This document shows positions 23,825 through 36,364 of a DNA stretch of 64,000 bases, piece by piece. The stretch is from contig BROI01000003.1 of NCBI GenBank assembly GCA_027923505.1, forward strand, positions 1,178,001 through 1,242,000, written 5' to 3'. Within the stretch, counting starts at the first letter, position 1. Each line of letters begins with the position of its first letter. Origin of the DNA: Mayamaea pseudoterrestris. Its lineage: Eukaryota. Below the pieces are notes generated by a model. It was given only the letters and a program-made list of their open reading frames with translations. It had not been told where the DNA came from and searched no databases. Made by a program: the position numbers and the translations under genes.

Positions 23825-26800
23825 ATGATGAGCCTCCATTCAATGATTGCAGTCTTTTTGATGCTGCAGTCGATAAGAACTGTAATCGCGAATCCATTGT
23901 CAAGGCCATACATTCCCTTTCGGACCGATCCATACGATCAACCACTCGTCGCCAATCACGAACATGCTGCCGCCCATGACGACAATTATCGCAGCAACGT
24001 TCACTCGCTCGACGACTCCAATCAACAATGTCCACTCCAATTCGTCCTGGGTGTGAGTAAGCGTCTACATGGAAGCTCCTCCGATGCCTCTGGCATTCGC
24101 CAAGCGCCCGTCGTGTATCCAGTCTTTGCGGCGCAAGGTCCGGGCCGGCAGGTGGTGTATGCCACGGACTACGAGCATTTGGATCTACTCACGCCAGCTC
24201 ACATTGGTGAGTCATATAGTCGACATGAGCCACCGCATGAACCATCGAAACAGACTAGCAGCAACAACAATATTGGTAGCGTCAAGGAAATATTAGTGCA
24301 GGCGGCCGACTATCCGTTGCTACTGGAAGGATCCACCTTTCACTCGTCACCGATACTGCATGACGTGAACGGCGACGGCCGCATGGACGTTATTTTGGCC
24401 GACTATGACGGAGGCATTTTCATGATGGGATTGACTCTAACAAATACAAATGCAGGAGCAGCAGCATCAGGATCAGCGACATCGGACCATCGCACACGTT
24501 TCTTTCAGAGCGCCCAAGTGCCCCGCCTCTACGTGCGTCGCGATTGGATGAACGGACGCGTCAACGAAACCCTTGGCATTGTGCCACCAACCACGCTTCC
24601 CCCGCATCCGTCCGCCAAGAATAATACGAAGCCGCAGGAGCATATACATGATCCGTACCACTCTTACTTTGAAATGTATTCTTCCAATTCAATCATGAAT
24701 GACAAGGACGTTTTGCGCGCCATTTCCGACAATATTTTGACGCAACACGCCGGTCAGTATCAAGCGATGCAGGAGCGGCGGCGCAAACACAGGCAGCGTG
24801 TCATGATTGTCAAGGAGAATATAAGTGTTTCGAATACTGGTAGTGGCAAAGTAACCAATGAGACGAGCATGTTCAAGCAGGTTGACAAGGCGGATGCATC
24901 CTTGTACGACGACGATGGCGGCGCAAAGTATCATGACGACGCGACGGATGACTTGATGATTGACCACGTGAAGGAAAAGTTGAAGGAACTCTATGGTGGT
25001 GACGAGGGAGGCGCGTCGCAGCAAGCGCAGCAACAATCAAAACATGAAACATCACAACATGACACGGGCGACGCGGTGAGAGCGCATCGACGATTGCAGG
25101 AAGCAAACGAGCGGCACGCGCCAGAGCTGCTCAACGCTGGTGACAATCATGTGCAGCCGCAGCAGCAGCATGAGGCAAATCCACGGCACGAGGAACACCA
25201 ACTTTCGAATGCAGAGCTTCCAGAAGTTGCGCTTGGTGCTAACCAACACGAGCAGCAGGCTGTTCAAAACCAGCAGCATCATAACGACAATCAACATATT
25301 CCCGAACTGTCAACAGAGGAAGTAGATGGCCGAATGCAGCAGCAACAGATGGTTGAGAATGAGGCTGGTGACGCTGCGAGAGAGGACGTCCACCGTGACT
25401 CGATGGAAGCCGGCATCAAGGTTGATCCGCCGATTCGAGAACAAGGCGGACTCCACGATGACTTTGTAAACCAGCCGGATCAAGCCAAGTCGGTCCCCGA
25501 CCTGCCGTACGACGACTACGGAATCGATGATCCAAACCCACGTCGCGGCGAGCACCATCGAGACCCAATACTTGATGACGTTAGTCCAGACTACGAAGGC
25601 GACGACTATGGACGATATGGTCGACGTTACCATGACGATGACTACTATCGCATCCACAACAGTGCACACCAGGAGTACTACGACTCGAAGCATTACATTC
25701 GAATCTCTCCCCACGTTCTGGCAACGCCAACGCTCGCTGAAATGCCAAAGCTATACTCAAACAATGACGAGAAGGAAGAGTTCCTTTTTGTTCCAGTATC
25801 GTATTATCTGGATGAGGACGAGTATGAGGGCTACTCTTCGTACCAGCGTTTCTTGGACAGTGACCATGGGGACGAAACGGAGGTGAATCGAGGAAGATAT
25901 GTTGGTAGTGCTCTTTTAACATACATCATGGGCGATAATCCTCGATGGTCGAGCCAGCAGCACCTCGATTTAAGCACAGACTATTCGGCACCAGAGAATG
26001 TGACGATTGTCGATGGATTACCCGAGCGCGAAGATGGAACGCGTATGGGAGCGTTTGCTTTGGCGAGCCCAACCGTTGCCGATGTCGATGGCGACGGCAA
26101 GCTCGAGGTAGTGATTGGGACTGGCATGGGTATGGTGTATTGCCTGGACGCGCGCACTCTTTCAAAGAAGGATAATTGGCCTGTGCAGATGCGATATCCG
26201 ATCGAGTCTCGAATTGTCATGGAAGACTTGGTTGGTGACGCGCATTTAGAATTGCTGGTGGCAGACGTTGGAGGTAACATTGCATGCTTCAACTATGAAG
26301 GCAAACGACTATGGCATCGCAACCTTGCTACCTCGGTTGGCGTAACATCGCACAAAGTTTCACGTATAAGTCCTATGGTCTTGGGTGATGTAAATGGAGA
26401 CGGCAAGCTGAATATTGTGGTAGCCATTATGGTTGAAGCAAAGGCACCATACGTGTTTGTCCTCGATGCTGCGACTGGGTCAGATTCAATTAACTTTCCG
26501 CTTCAGCTCGACATGTTGCACAAGGTGGAGTCGACGATTGGGCTGCACGACAAACTAGCCCAGCCTCTGCTCGTCGATTTGTCCACTGATCACAAATTTG
26601 TGGAGGAATACATACGTCGGCGCGGTGCATCACATGATTTGTCTTCCAGTCACTCGGCCGGTTTGCACATCGTGTACCCAAGCGGGGAGACCTTATACAT
26701 TATAGATGCTAGCTCTGCCTGCACGCATCCGGTCCCAGTCGGTGAAGTAATGACTGCTTCTGTGCAAGTCGATGATGTGCATGGGACAAACAAGTTGGAT

Positions 26801-27391
26801 CTGGTGATTGCGACCATGGATGGGAATGTTATTACGCTCGAATCTCAGACTCCTTACCATCCATTGAATGTATGGAACAATGGTGAGACACGAAGCAGGT
26901 TTGGCGGAAGCGTGCATGGCTACAGCGCGCCGCAAGGTGTTTACGTGCATGAGCTAAGTCGCCAATACACGGATGTCTTTGGCGTGTACGTTCATGTAAC
27001 TCTGGAAGTATTCGACAATCGCAGAAATGTTGCCCCAGAGCACAAGAAATACAAGGTTGAAATTAGGGACGGGTCGTCACACAAGAGGGTGCTGCTTCGA
27101 GCCCAATACGATGAACCAGGGATCTACAAGGAGCGCGTTTTCATTCGCTTCGGTCCAGGCTATTATGCCCTCCACGTACTTCTGACCACAAGTCATGGTC
27201 TCGTGTACGAGGATGTGTTCCATCTCGGGTATAATATACATTATATGAGTGGTTTTGGTGTTCTCCTTTGGCTTCCTCTGATTTCATTTGGTCTTATCAT
27301 CGTCATCTTTGCCACTGGAAGAGAAGACGATGAGACAGTTCGTCGCAACAAAAATGGCGATGTCACTCGTACACGTTTACTACCAGCCTAA
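23825..27391 (+). CDS. DEX1 (DEFECTIVE IN EXINE FORMATION 1)-like FG-GAP beta-propeller membrane protein
   Basis: Signal peptide; SSPILHDVNGDG, VPRLYVRRDW, HVLATP, ASPTVADVDGDGKLEVVIGT and DVNGDGKL repeats; C-terminal TM helix. Confidence 0.85.
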   Translation: MMSLHSMIAVFLMLQSIRTVIANPLSRPYIPFRTDPYDQPLVANHEHAAAHDDNYRSNVHSLDDSNQQCPLQFVLGVSKRLHGSSSDASGIRQAPVVYPVFAAQGPGRQVVYATDYEHLDLLTPAHIGESYSRHEPPHEPSKQTSSNNNIGSVKEILVQAADYPLLLEGSTFHSSPILHDVNGDGRMDVILADYDGGIFMMGLTLTNTNAGAAASGSATSDHRTRFFQSAQVPRLYVRRDWMNGRVNETLGIVPPTTLPPHPSAKNNTKPQEHIHDPYHSYFEMYSSNSIMNDKDVLRAISDNILTQHAGQYQAMQERRRKHRQRVMIVKENISVSNTGSGKVTNETSMFKQVDKADASLYDDDGGAKYHDDATDDLMIDHVKEKLKELYGGDEGGASQQAQQQSKHETSQHDTGDAVRAHRRLQEANERHAPELLNAGDNHVQPQQQHEANPRHEEHQLSNAELPEVALGANQHEQQAVQNQQHHNDNQHIPELSTEEVDGRMQQQQMVENEAGDAAREDVHRDSMEAGIKVDPPIREQGGLHDDFVNQPDQAKSVPDLPYDDYGIDDPNPRRGEHHRDPILDDVSPDYEGDDYGRYGRRYHDDDYYRIHNSAHQEYYDSKHYIRISPHVLATPTLAEMPKLYSNNDEKEEFLFVPVSYYLDEDEYEGYSSYQRFLDSDHGDETEVNRGRYVGSALLTYIMGDNPRWSSQQHLDLSTDYSAPENVTIVDGLPEREDGTRMGAFALASPTVADVDGDGKLEVVIGTGMGMVYCLDARTLSKKDNWPVQMRYPIESRIVMEDLVGDAHLELLVADVGGNIACFNYEGKRLWHRNLATSVGVTSHKVSRISPMVLGDVNGDGKLNIVVAIMVEAKAPYVFVLDAATGSDSINFPLQLDMLHKVESTIGLHDKLAQPLLVDLSTDHKFVEEYIRRRGASHDLSSSHSAGLHIVYPSGETLYIIDASSACTHPVPVGEVMTASVQVDDVHGTNKLDLVIATMDGNVITLESQTPYHPLNVWNNGETRSRFGGSVHGYSAPQGVYVHELSRQYTDVFGVYVHVTLEVFDNRRNVAPEHKKYKVEIRDGSSHKRVLLRAQYDEPGIYKERVFIRFGPGYYALHVLLTTSHGLVYEDVFHLGYNIHYMSGFGVLLWLPLISFGLIIVIFATGREDDETVRRNKNGDVTRTRLLPA

Positions 27392-27595
27392 ATTTCCGTG
27401 ATCGTTGGACGACATTTGATATATTGCTTTCGGGCGGCGTTACAGAATGGTCGAAGCTATCGGGGCTCATCTTAGCATTTGGAAATGCGCGATCTCGAGC
27501 AACCCAGGGATGCCAAACATCGGGAACGAGAGGCAGAAACAAATACATTGCTAATTTTTACATAAAAACAGGCACTCTGTGTTGGTACAACATTA

Positions 27596-28936
27596 TTATT
27601 TCTTTGCCAGTTTTAATTGTCGCACATGCCGCTGCATGCGGTTCGTCTCCCGCTCCCAAAGTCGGTTCCAGCGATCATTGCCCAAACTAATCTTGACATT
27701 GTGTAGCCAGTGGCGCTGCTGCAAGGAGATGATGATAAAGTTGACGGGTCTCTCCGAGTGAAAAACCATTGCCGAAACATCGTGATCTTCGTGACCAGCC
27801 ACATACTTTTTGGTTTCAGTAGGCCCTAATATTGCTTGTTGCTGCACAACTTCAGCCAAGTCTGGCGACATTAAATACCATTGTCCTTCCGCATACAAGT
27901 GAAGCAATCCTCCGTATTTGCGAATCGCCCACTTTTCCAGTGGCGCACGTCGATGCACCTTGTCGTGACCCCACCAGACTTTATCAACCACGGAGCCAGC
28001 CAAAATATTGCGGTTGTACGGAGCCGGTGGAAGCATATTGTCGACAAAGGCAAAGAACTTATCAAGATAGAGTATTGTATCAGTGTCTTGCTTTACCACG
28101 TAATCGATGTTATACTTCTTGGCCAGCTTTCCTGCCCATGCAAAGTATGTTTGACTTTTTCCGTCGTTCATGTTTTCTAATGAAAGCGAGCTGCCAGTGA
28201 GTGCCTGGAGTCGTCTGCTTACAACAGTGTAACCTTGTCATATGAACGTACCTTTAATATTCAACAGTGTCACATCCGGCTCGAGCATGTCCTTGCCTTC
28301 GTAGCGATGTGGATTGTTTGTGTGGGAAAGAACCATGGGACGAGAGTCGTCGACGAGCTCGGTGGATACGTTTGGGTTGCCTCCCACCACGAATGTATAC
28401 AGCAAATGACAATCAGATGGTTGCCCACCATGAATGTAGTGATCGAGACTGCAAACGTGAGGATGCGAGCGAAGTAGCTTGCGCTGTCGATGTCGACATC
28501 GTTGCTCGGATGGAGAGTCCTTCGTGAATATTCCAATCAGCACCCGAGGTCGACCACCGGTAGCTGGTTCACTGACTGAGACTGCTGCTGCCATTGAATG
28601 GTTATCATCTAGAGTCGCTACGGCGATGGCTGCAACATCCGATGACTTTGGTCCAGTCACAATGTTATCATCGTCATCGTCTGTCGTCGTTGCCGCCGGA
28701 GAATCTCCATCCGCTTGTTGATATTGTTGCTCCGCTTCAGCGGCAAGGTTCTCGTCGCGTCGTCGCAAAACAAAATCGGAGCCTCCAGTATCAGAGTCTC
28801 GATGCAGCAAGATTCTGTGCAGGCCTTGGCTTCCGCAGGACGAGTTGAGAAAGCTCGTTTGAAGTAAAAATGAAATAATCGAAAGGCCGACAAACATGAC
28901 GCCAATGACGTGGAGAGAGGAGTGTTTGCCGACCAT
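27596..28936 (-). CDS. GT31-like galactosyltransferase (2 exons)
   Basis: N-terminal TM helix; spliced LLNIK|ENMNDGKS; YVVKQDTDT (DxD) and HEDHD motifs; intron at about 28250-28177. Confidence 0.8.
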
Positions 28937-29478
28937 TTTTCAGTCGCTTGGATAATAGAAACGACCAATTATGTACAGGTATAAGGAGTGTGGATTCGTG
29001 AGAGTATAACCACGACAGCGAGAGCGAATGCTTGGAAAGGTCGCGTCCGAAAAAGTTGGCGATGGTTTATCGTTAGTTGCTGATGAGAGTCGGCTCGCTC
29101 GCTGTGAGTGATGGTACGACATATTTTAAATTGCCCTGTAGCGGCTCGCTCGAGATTAGTGCCGCTCCGACACATGTCACACACATTGGCGACATCATTC
29201 GTCGAATCAAGAGCTCGGTGCAGTTGCAACCATGGGAGATCGACCCCAGCAACTTCACAATCAACTGGTCGCCCTTGTCTCTTAAACTAAAATATCAGAT
29301 AGCCGATTGGAATTAATTGAAACGATTTTTAAAACCGCATTCATCCTCTCCCGACGACCTGCTTGCTCATCGATTGTCGAATAAGGTTGAGCAGTGGAGA
29401 ATATTTCCAACCCGAAGCCGTCAGACAGCAATAGCAACATCTGCACACGTCTCTCGTACAATTTTTAAAGATATAACA

Positions 29479-31517
29479 ATGAACATATTTCTTTCACTCG
29501 CGACAATCTGCTTGTCGCTACTGCGAGCTTCATGCGATGATGGGCCCAAGCCTTTGACACCTTCCGATTTTCTCGTCAAAGGCCTTGACGAATACGAACC
29601 TGCCTACGCCAAGTTTGACGGCGCCATGTACGCTGGCTTGCTGCCCATGGATAATCGTGGCCGCTCCGGCGAACTCATGTTTTGGTTGTTTGCGCCTCGC
29701 GAGCCAGTCGTGAATGAGTCCTACGCCGTTTGGTTCAACGGAGGGCCTGGATGCAGCTCCTTCAACGGAGGCGTCTTTTTCGAGCACTCGCCAGTGACAG
29801 TCACACTACATGAGGCTGGCTTTTGCTGCAGCGATGCGCATGACCCATTCGAATATAATGAATATGCGTGGACCAAGGCAACGCATATGCTTTACGTTGA
29901 ACAGGTGCGTCGTGCTCAGTAGCTCAGTGATGGGTTTGCTCGTTGGTGCTCGCTGACACAATCCATCATCCACTAAACTTGTTTATGACCCCCTTCAATT
30001 TTATAGCCCGTGGGCGTTGGGTACTCACATGGAGGCCCACCGCCGGTCAACGAAACGGAAGTTTCGCAAGACTTTTTTGCCTTTTTGCAAAACTGGCTGC
30101 GAGTCTTTGAGGACTACCAGAGCAAGAATGTTTGGATCACAGGAGAATCATATGCAGGTACATATTTTGATTTATGAATGAAACACTTGCTCTTGTTGAC
30201 AAATTAATTCTGCCTGAAATGCCACCTTCCGTTGCAGGCTACTTCGTTCCGTCGATTGCGCACGAGATTCACCAGCAAATGCAGCTGTACGAAGAACAGG
30301 AGACGGACGACATGATCTATATTGACCTTGGCGGCATGACTCTTGGCAATGGTTGGGTGGATGCTCGAGTGCAAGGTCCGGCAACGATAGATTTTGCTTA
30401 CCATCATGGCATGATTGATCAAACGACGCGAGACAACTTGCATGCGATTGCCGACCATTGTTTGGCACATCCGCACCAACGCTTGCCGGCGCCATTTCAC
30501 GCGTTCACCACGCCCGACGATTGTGCCATTATGGAGGGAGTCCTCATGGCGGCCGGCAAAGGAGTTCTGCCGAAATTTATTAACGGACCGGTGAGTGTGA
30601 TTAAATGACTGGAACTTTTGACGTCGCGCAGGCACGGGGCCTGACGCCTTTTCTACAATGATTCACAGAACCTTTACGATGTTACGACTTGGGATAATTA
30701 TCAAGTCATTCAAGACGGCTCTACGACAATCAACGATTTTATGAACATTCCGGGCGTGAAGAAGGCCTTGAATGCTCCCGACAGGGAATGGGCTGGCTGC
30801 ATGCCAGGTGCAGGAAGGAGGCGCCAGCTAGCGTCCACCTTGCTCATTCATGACCGGCCACTTTCAACCCTGCCGTACATTGCCGAACTACTAGATGCAG
30901 GGAAGCGAGTTTTGATGTACAATGGCGACCGCGATTTGAGTACTAATGCGCAGGGGACCGAGACGTTGCTAAACAGTATGGACTGGAATGGTGCCGACGA
31001 TTGGCTCGAGACGAAGCGAGGACTCTGGGTAGTCGATGAATATCCAGCTGGCTACTCCAAGTCGCTTCTTGGCCTAGACTTTGTCGTCATTTATAATAGC
31101 GGTCACCTAGTTCCGTTCAATCAACCTCGGAATGCGTTGGACTTGTTCACTCGCTTCTTGCAGAATGAAACGTTTGCTGATTACCAACTTCCGTCGTTTG
31201 ACTACGGATTTAAATCATCATCCACTGTTGTAACTGACTCACGGCCACGCCACGACCACAAGCACCATCACCATAAAGCACGACACGATGCAAGTTTTAG
31301 CTCATTAGACGACGACGATAGGACAAACGACATTTACACGACAGAGGGGTTCAGTGTGGCTGCGCTTCTTGTTGCGGCCTCAGTCTCATTTCTGCTTGGA
31401 GCGTTCGCCTCCCGAAGGCTCACTTTCACGACACCATACAATCCAATGCCATCTGCCAATCGAACTGGCTACATTTCAGTGCCAGACTCGGAAGACAAGG
31501 ATCGTGTGCTGCAATAA
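29479..31517 (+). CDS. Serine carboxypeptidase (S10), membrane-anchored, 4 exons
   Basis: WFNGGPGCSS, YVEQ|PVGVGYS, GESYAG, NGDRD and SGHLVP motifs; signal peptide and C-terminal TM helix. Confidence 0.92.
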
Positions 31518-31666
31518 GCTGGAAAATACTTTAATAGATAATAGAAAGTAGATGCAATGGAGTTTTTAATCGCATGTAATATGCAGTATTTTCAAAACGT
31601 GGCCTACCGCTACCGGTAGCCCACAATCTTTCCGATGGCACGTGCTGCTGAGGCCCTTATCATAAC

Positions 31667-32956
31667 TTAAATATAAAGCTTTGTAAAAGCATCATTGAAG
31701 CCTTCCAGTAGCCTACCTACCCCTAAATCGGCATCAACCTTGGAGTAGTCCGTCGGCTCGTAGCTGTCGGACGTTTTCACGTAGACGAATGCGTGATTAT
31801 CCTCGTCGCGACTGATGCGAAACTGCTTGCTCAAAAAGGTGGTTCGAAACGCTGGGCGCGGATTGCTGTACGATTTAATATTCTGTTCGAGAAATTTGCC
31901 CAATGATCGCGACTGCAACTTGAATTTCTGGTCGAGGAGCTGTCGCAAACCTGGAACGTTGGAGCCTTTGATTTCGACCGTGTCCAGCGACAGAAGCCAC
32001 GCGTTTCCAAACGCCTCCAAATCGGCGGTGCTCACAATGGCGCCGTCAATACTAAACGGTAGACCACCCGAGTATGAGAATGGCGTGTAGTCGTTCAAGA
32101 ATGGAACAGTCCCCGCCCTGACTTCAAACTCGCTCGTCAATCTGGTGGGCGAAACAATTTGTCGCACGGCGCCAATGCTGGACATGGCGAGCGCCTTGCG
32201 GTGCATGTCGCAGAACCAGTTGTATTGCGCGGCCTGCGCCTCCGTCTTGCAGACGGACCGACCCGCCATGAAGAAGGGGCTGCTGCGAAAAAGTTGCGTC
32301 GAGCTGTATACCAGTTCCCACTTGCCGAGCATGAGCGGACTCATGGTTGGCTGCGGAGTATCGTTCAATGCTTCGAGCTGCTCAATGACATGAATCGCCG
32401 AGTCTTTTTGGAACTTGGAGGCAAACTCTCCGCGACCGGTAATGGCGCCGAGCGATTGAAGGTACAAGATCAAGTCGGACTGAGGTTCGTTCTGTGGCAT
32501 CGGGGAAGCCGCTGACGGTGACGGAGCTGGTGATGGTGTCTTTACTGCAGCCGATGCGTTGCGAGTCGAAGACGCTTTCGCATCGCCATTCGCCGTGATT
32601 GTTTCATTCATCGCTTCCACTGCGTTGCTGGTAACATTGACAGCGTCTGCCACTGTGGAAACGACTGCTTGCTGCGTGGCGTTGGTGGCTGCATCAACCG
32701 CTTCATTCACCGCTTCGACCAAGTCAATCAAGTCATCTTCAGCTGCCTCTGTTATCGAATCGTCGCCATTGTCATTTTCCTCTTCCAATGAGTCAGCGAT
32801 TAATTTCGTCTGCTTCGCCTGTCGAAGCAAAGAAAATCGAATCGGATGATTATCAGTAATTGACAAGCCTTTCGTCGACCAGCAACTGCGACCTGGTACA
32901 ACCGTAAAAGCTCTTGTTTGCGTCAGACATAGAAGCAAGGCAGCCAATGTCTTCAT
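31667..32956 (-). CDS. Plastid lipid-associated protein / fibrillin family
   Basis: TGRG...IEQLEALN..P...LGKWELVYSS...FRISR motifs; presequence ending TRA-F. Confidence 0.85.
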   Translation of the reverse strand: MKTLAALLLCLTQTRAFTVVPGRSCWSTKGLSITDNHPIRFSLLRQAKQTKLIADSLEEENDNGDDSITEAAEDDLIDLVEAVNEAVDAATNATQQAVVSTVADAVNVTSNAVEAMNETITANGDAKASSTRNASAAVKTPSPAPSPSAASPMPQNEPQSDLILYLQSLGAITGRGEFASKFQKDSAIHVIEQLEALNDTPQPTMSPLMLGKWELVYSSTQLFRSSPFFMAGRSVCKTEAQAAQYNWFCDMHRKALAMSSIGAVRQIVSPTRLTSEFEVRAGTVPFLNDYTPFSYSGGLPFSIDGAIVSTADLEAFGNAWLLSLDTVEIKGSNVPGLRQLLDQKFKLQSRSLGKFLEQNIKSYSNPRPAFRTTFLSKQFRISRDEDNHAFVYVKTSDSYEPTDYSKVDADLGVGRLLEGFNDAFTKLYI

Positions 32957-33695
32957 GGTGGTCCTGCTCTTTTTTGAAAGTACTCGTATGTAACAGTGCG
33001 CGACGATTCGAAAGATCACCATGTTCGTCTCGTCAGCATGGAGGGCGAAGAAACGTACGTCACGCGTGTCGCAGTGAGTTGTGATGCGACATACTCATTC
33101 GCGATCGCTCAAAAACGTCATTGCGTGCGTCATCCATGACTCACGCGTATCACTTCGCTATTGCCCTGTCGCAGCATTTCCTGTTCGGGCATCACAAGGA
33201 AACTCGTGCACCAAGCAATCGTATTTGGAAACGTTATTTGCTGGACTGGCGCGCAGTCTCATCTAATGAGAGATAACGGCACCGTTCCTCGAGTCACGCG
33301 ACAGATGGTGACCCGATCGATCGAACGCCGCGCCCGCACGAGAAAGGTGCACTGGCGCTGCTTGCACGTTCGCTCGAAGCCCAAGAAAACTGCTTGCCGT
33401 TTGTCATCCATTGTTCACGGAGCCGCCATCAAAAGTAGAAGTTGCTAAAGAAGACGAAAGGAAGTAACGTTGATTGATTTTACGTTTCGAAAGCTACGTC
33501 AAGGCAGCCCGCACGGCAACGACAATTCGCTCGAAGCGCGATACAGTACCGTATCACTCGATCCGACGACAGACACGCACACTTTTGTCACGTATCAGCT
33601 TTCGACGAATCTCGACTGACACTAGTACAAACAGTCTGCAGTTAGCTTGATTGATTGCACGCGCAGCAAATTCGGACGACGCTATACCATCAAAC

Positions 33696-35389
33696 ATGAG
33701 TTCCTCAACGCTTTCCACGACTACGACGCTGCTTCGATCACTGACAGCTGCTGCTGCAACAAACGCTACCAGCATAGTCGTGCCTACCATATCAACCGCA
33801 TCAAACCACCAGGAATCATCCATATGGGGCGCCATTGTTTCCAACGTGTTGCTCTTTATTCTGGTCTTTGGTTTGTCGGCCACGGTGCAGTTCAAGGCCA
33901 TTCGCCGCCAAGCCAACAACAAGCGCGCTCTTGGCGTTGGCTTGGGTTTGCAGTTTTTCGTCCTTCCGCTCATGGGCTTTCTGGCAGTGATGATTATGTC
34001 GGCGACGGAGGCGGGTTTCACCAAGAGCATGGGCATTTCGTTGCTCATTGTCGTGAGCTCGCCGGGTGGCTCGTTTGCCAATTTCTTTTGCTCGCTGTTC
34101 AACGCGGAACTGGCCCTGTCGGTCGCATTAACGACGCTGAGCACGCTGCTCGCGGTTGGTTTTCTTCCGGCGAATCTGTATCTGTATACATATCTGGTGA
34201 GTCTATGAAAAAATGATTCATGTGTGTATATGTGCGGTATGCGTGGTTTATCGTACCTGTCTCACAGCCTCCATCTCATTTCTTACTGCAGATGTATGGC
34301 CGCAGCAGTTCCGTCGTTGACTCGCTCGACTTTGGCACCATTTTCCTGTCGCTCGGAGTGGTGTTGGGAGCAATATTCTCCGGCATTTTGGCGGGCCATC
34401 ACTGGCGCAAACCATATCTGCACATTTGCTTTAATCGCGTTGGAACTGCCGCTGGTCTCTTGCTCATTTTATACTCGCTCTTTTTGTCGAGTGGAGCGGA
34501 TGGCGCCGAAAATACACTATGGAACCAAGATTGGTCCTTTTACGTGGGAGTCATGATGCCTTGCATTCTTGGATTGCTCGTGACAACTGTGGCGAGTCGA
34601 GCGTTCAAACTGGCACATCCGGAGACCGTGGCAGCCTCGATTGGTTGCTGCTACCGCAACACGGGGATTGCCACTTCCGTTGCCGTCACCATGTTTACCA
34701 ACGTGGAGGAGCGAGCGCAAGCGGTCGCCGTGCCGCTCTTTTACGGAATCATTGAGTCCATTGTCATTATCACGTATGGACTGGTTTCGTGGAAGCTGGG
34801 CTGGACCAAGGCGCCGGTGAATGAGAATTTGTTTGTTGTTATTATGAAGACATATGAGGCGGATGATGATGACAACAGCGATGCGTCCAACGATAATGAA
34901 GATGATGACATGGAGCATGGAACGGAAGCTGTCATGGATTCACACAGCAATCATGAGCTCCAATCGAACGATGACGAAGCGTCGATTAGTCAATGTTCGC
35001 TCCAAAGCGTCGCAGATGATAACGAGACGCGTCCAGAAGCAACAAGACCCATTGGATTCTTTGGACGCGTGGTTGGATTCTTTCGCCGAGGGTCAATCAG
35101 TGGTGCCGTTCGCCCAGACCAGCGACGCAGCTCTGGCAAGCGAATATGCCAGGAGGAGGATTGTGCGAGTCGCCCACGTTTGGCATCCGACATGACGCAG
35201 CAAACCGTTAGCTCGACGAGTAGCTTGGGCGTTTCGTCGCCAGTCGTTGTGGATGGTTCTCCCGTGATGCAACGACAGCGCACCAGCTCGGGTGTCTTGG
35301 ACGCGAGATTGTTTGAAAGCGTCGCGGAAGGCTCGTTCGAGGAAGGTTCGCACGATGCGGATGATTCGTCGGAGGATGAACGAGAGTAA
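33696..35389 (+). CDS. Bile acid:sodium symporter family (BASS/SBF) transporter, 2 exons
   Basis: LQFFVLPLMGF, SSPGGSFAN, ALSVALT and PETVA...N.GIA motifs; intron at about 34197-34291. Confidence 0.88.
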
Positions 35390-35686
35390 ATGCGGCTACA
35401 CTACTGCAACAAATTGCAGAGCTACTTGAAAGTGCATAAAAAGGAGTGAACGGGGATACAATTTCGCTCAGAATTTTACATAATACAGTCAGTACAAAGT
35501 CATAAACAGTAATTATAAACTAAAATGTCAAGCTAAATGTTCGAGTAAACTGGGAATGCAATGAAGAGCAGAGTAGAAGAGTGCCATGATTGTCGGTACG
35601 CAAAGTAAAATGGTCGTCGTCAAACATCAATATTACTAGTTGAACAAGCGGCATTGCATCCTCTCACAAGAATACAAGGTTCCACT

Positions 35687-36364
35687 CTATGGCAACAAAG
35701 TTGTCAGCATGTCGCGAATATCATCTCGCTTCCATGTATGGTCCAAGGAAATGACTTGCGTTGCTCTGGCTTTGAGACTCTCCTCGTTCTCCAGCAAGGC
35801 ACTCAACACCGACGTCTTTGGCGGCAAGGCACTTTGAAACAAGAATAGTTGAGCCTGCGGTTGCATCTGCATTTGCATGATCATTTGGTAAATATCAAAA
35901 TTGTCGGCGTTCGGCTTGGGAATGTCGTTGATTCGTTCCTTCTTGTGCAAACGAACTGCCTTGTCGTTATTCTTCAGTTCTACCAGCTTGTCCCAGTCCT
36001 GACTGAGAAACTGACCAAGCTCGTCGTCCTGCGGCGCGCTGCTGCTGCGCCTGGAGTACACCAAGACGGCTGCTTCGAACGGCTTTTCCATGCGCGTCGT
36101 CGCCGCCGCATCCTTGTACACCTGACAGCACTGTCGACAAGTGGCAATGGCAGTATCAGAGTGTACATCCTTTGTTGTGACATACGACTCTAAGAGGTCG
36201 CAAGTGCTGCAGGCTAGTTGCCATGGATCAAATCCGTGGGTCCGACAATCGGCGTCGGAGAGTTTTCTCAACGTTGATTCGGTGGCAGCAATTTCTGCTG
36301 ACCAAGACAGCGTCGCGAAGAGGAGTAGACAAAGACACGCAAGGCTTATTCGTGTTAAAGTCAT
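35687..36364 (-). CDS. SEP15/selenoprotein F-like ER protein lacking the CxU motif
   Basis: Signal peptide; C..HGF...LACSTC...C..CC Cys-rich domain typical of SEP15; C-terminal WKRDDIRDML. Confidence 0.75.
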   Translation of the reverse strand: MTLTRISLACLCLLLFATLSWSAEIAATESTLRKLSDADCRTHGFDPWQLACSTCDLLESYVTTKDVHSDTAIATCRQCCQVYKDAAATTRMEKPFEAAVLVYSRRSSSAPQDDELGQFLSQDWDKLVELKNNDKAVRLHKKERINDIPKPNADNFDIYQMIMQMQMQPQAQLFLFQSALPPKTSVLSALLENEESLKARATQVISLDHTWKRDDIRDMLTTLLP

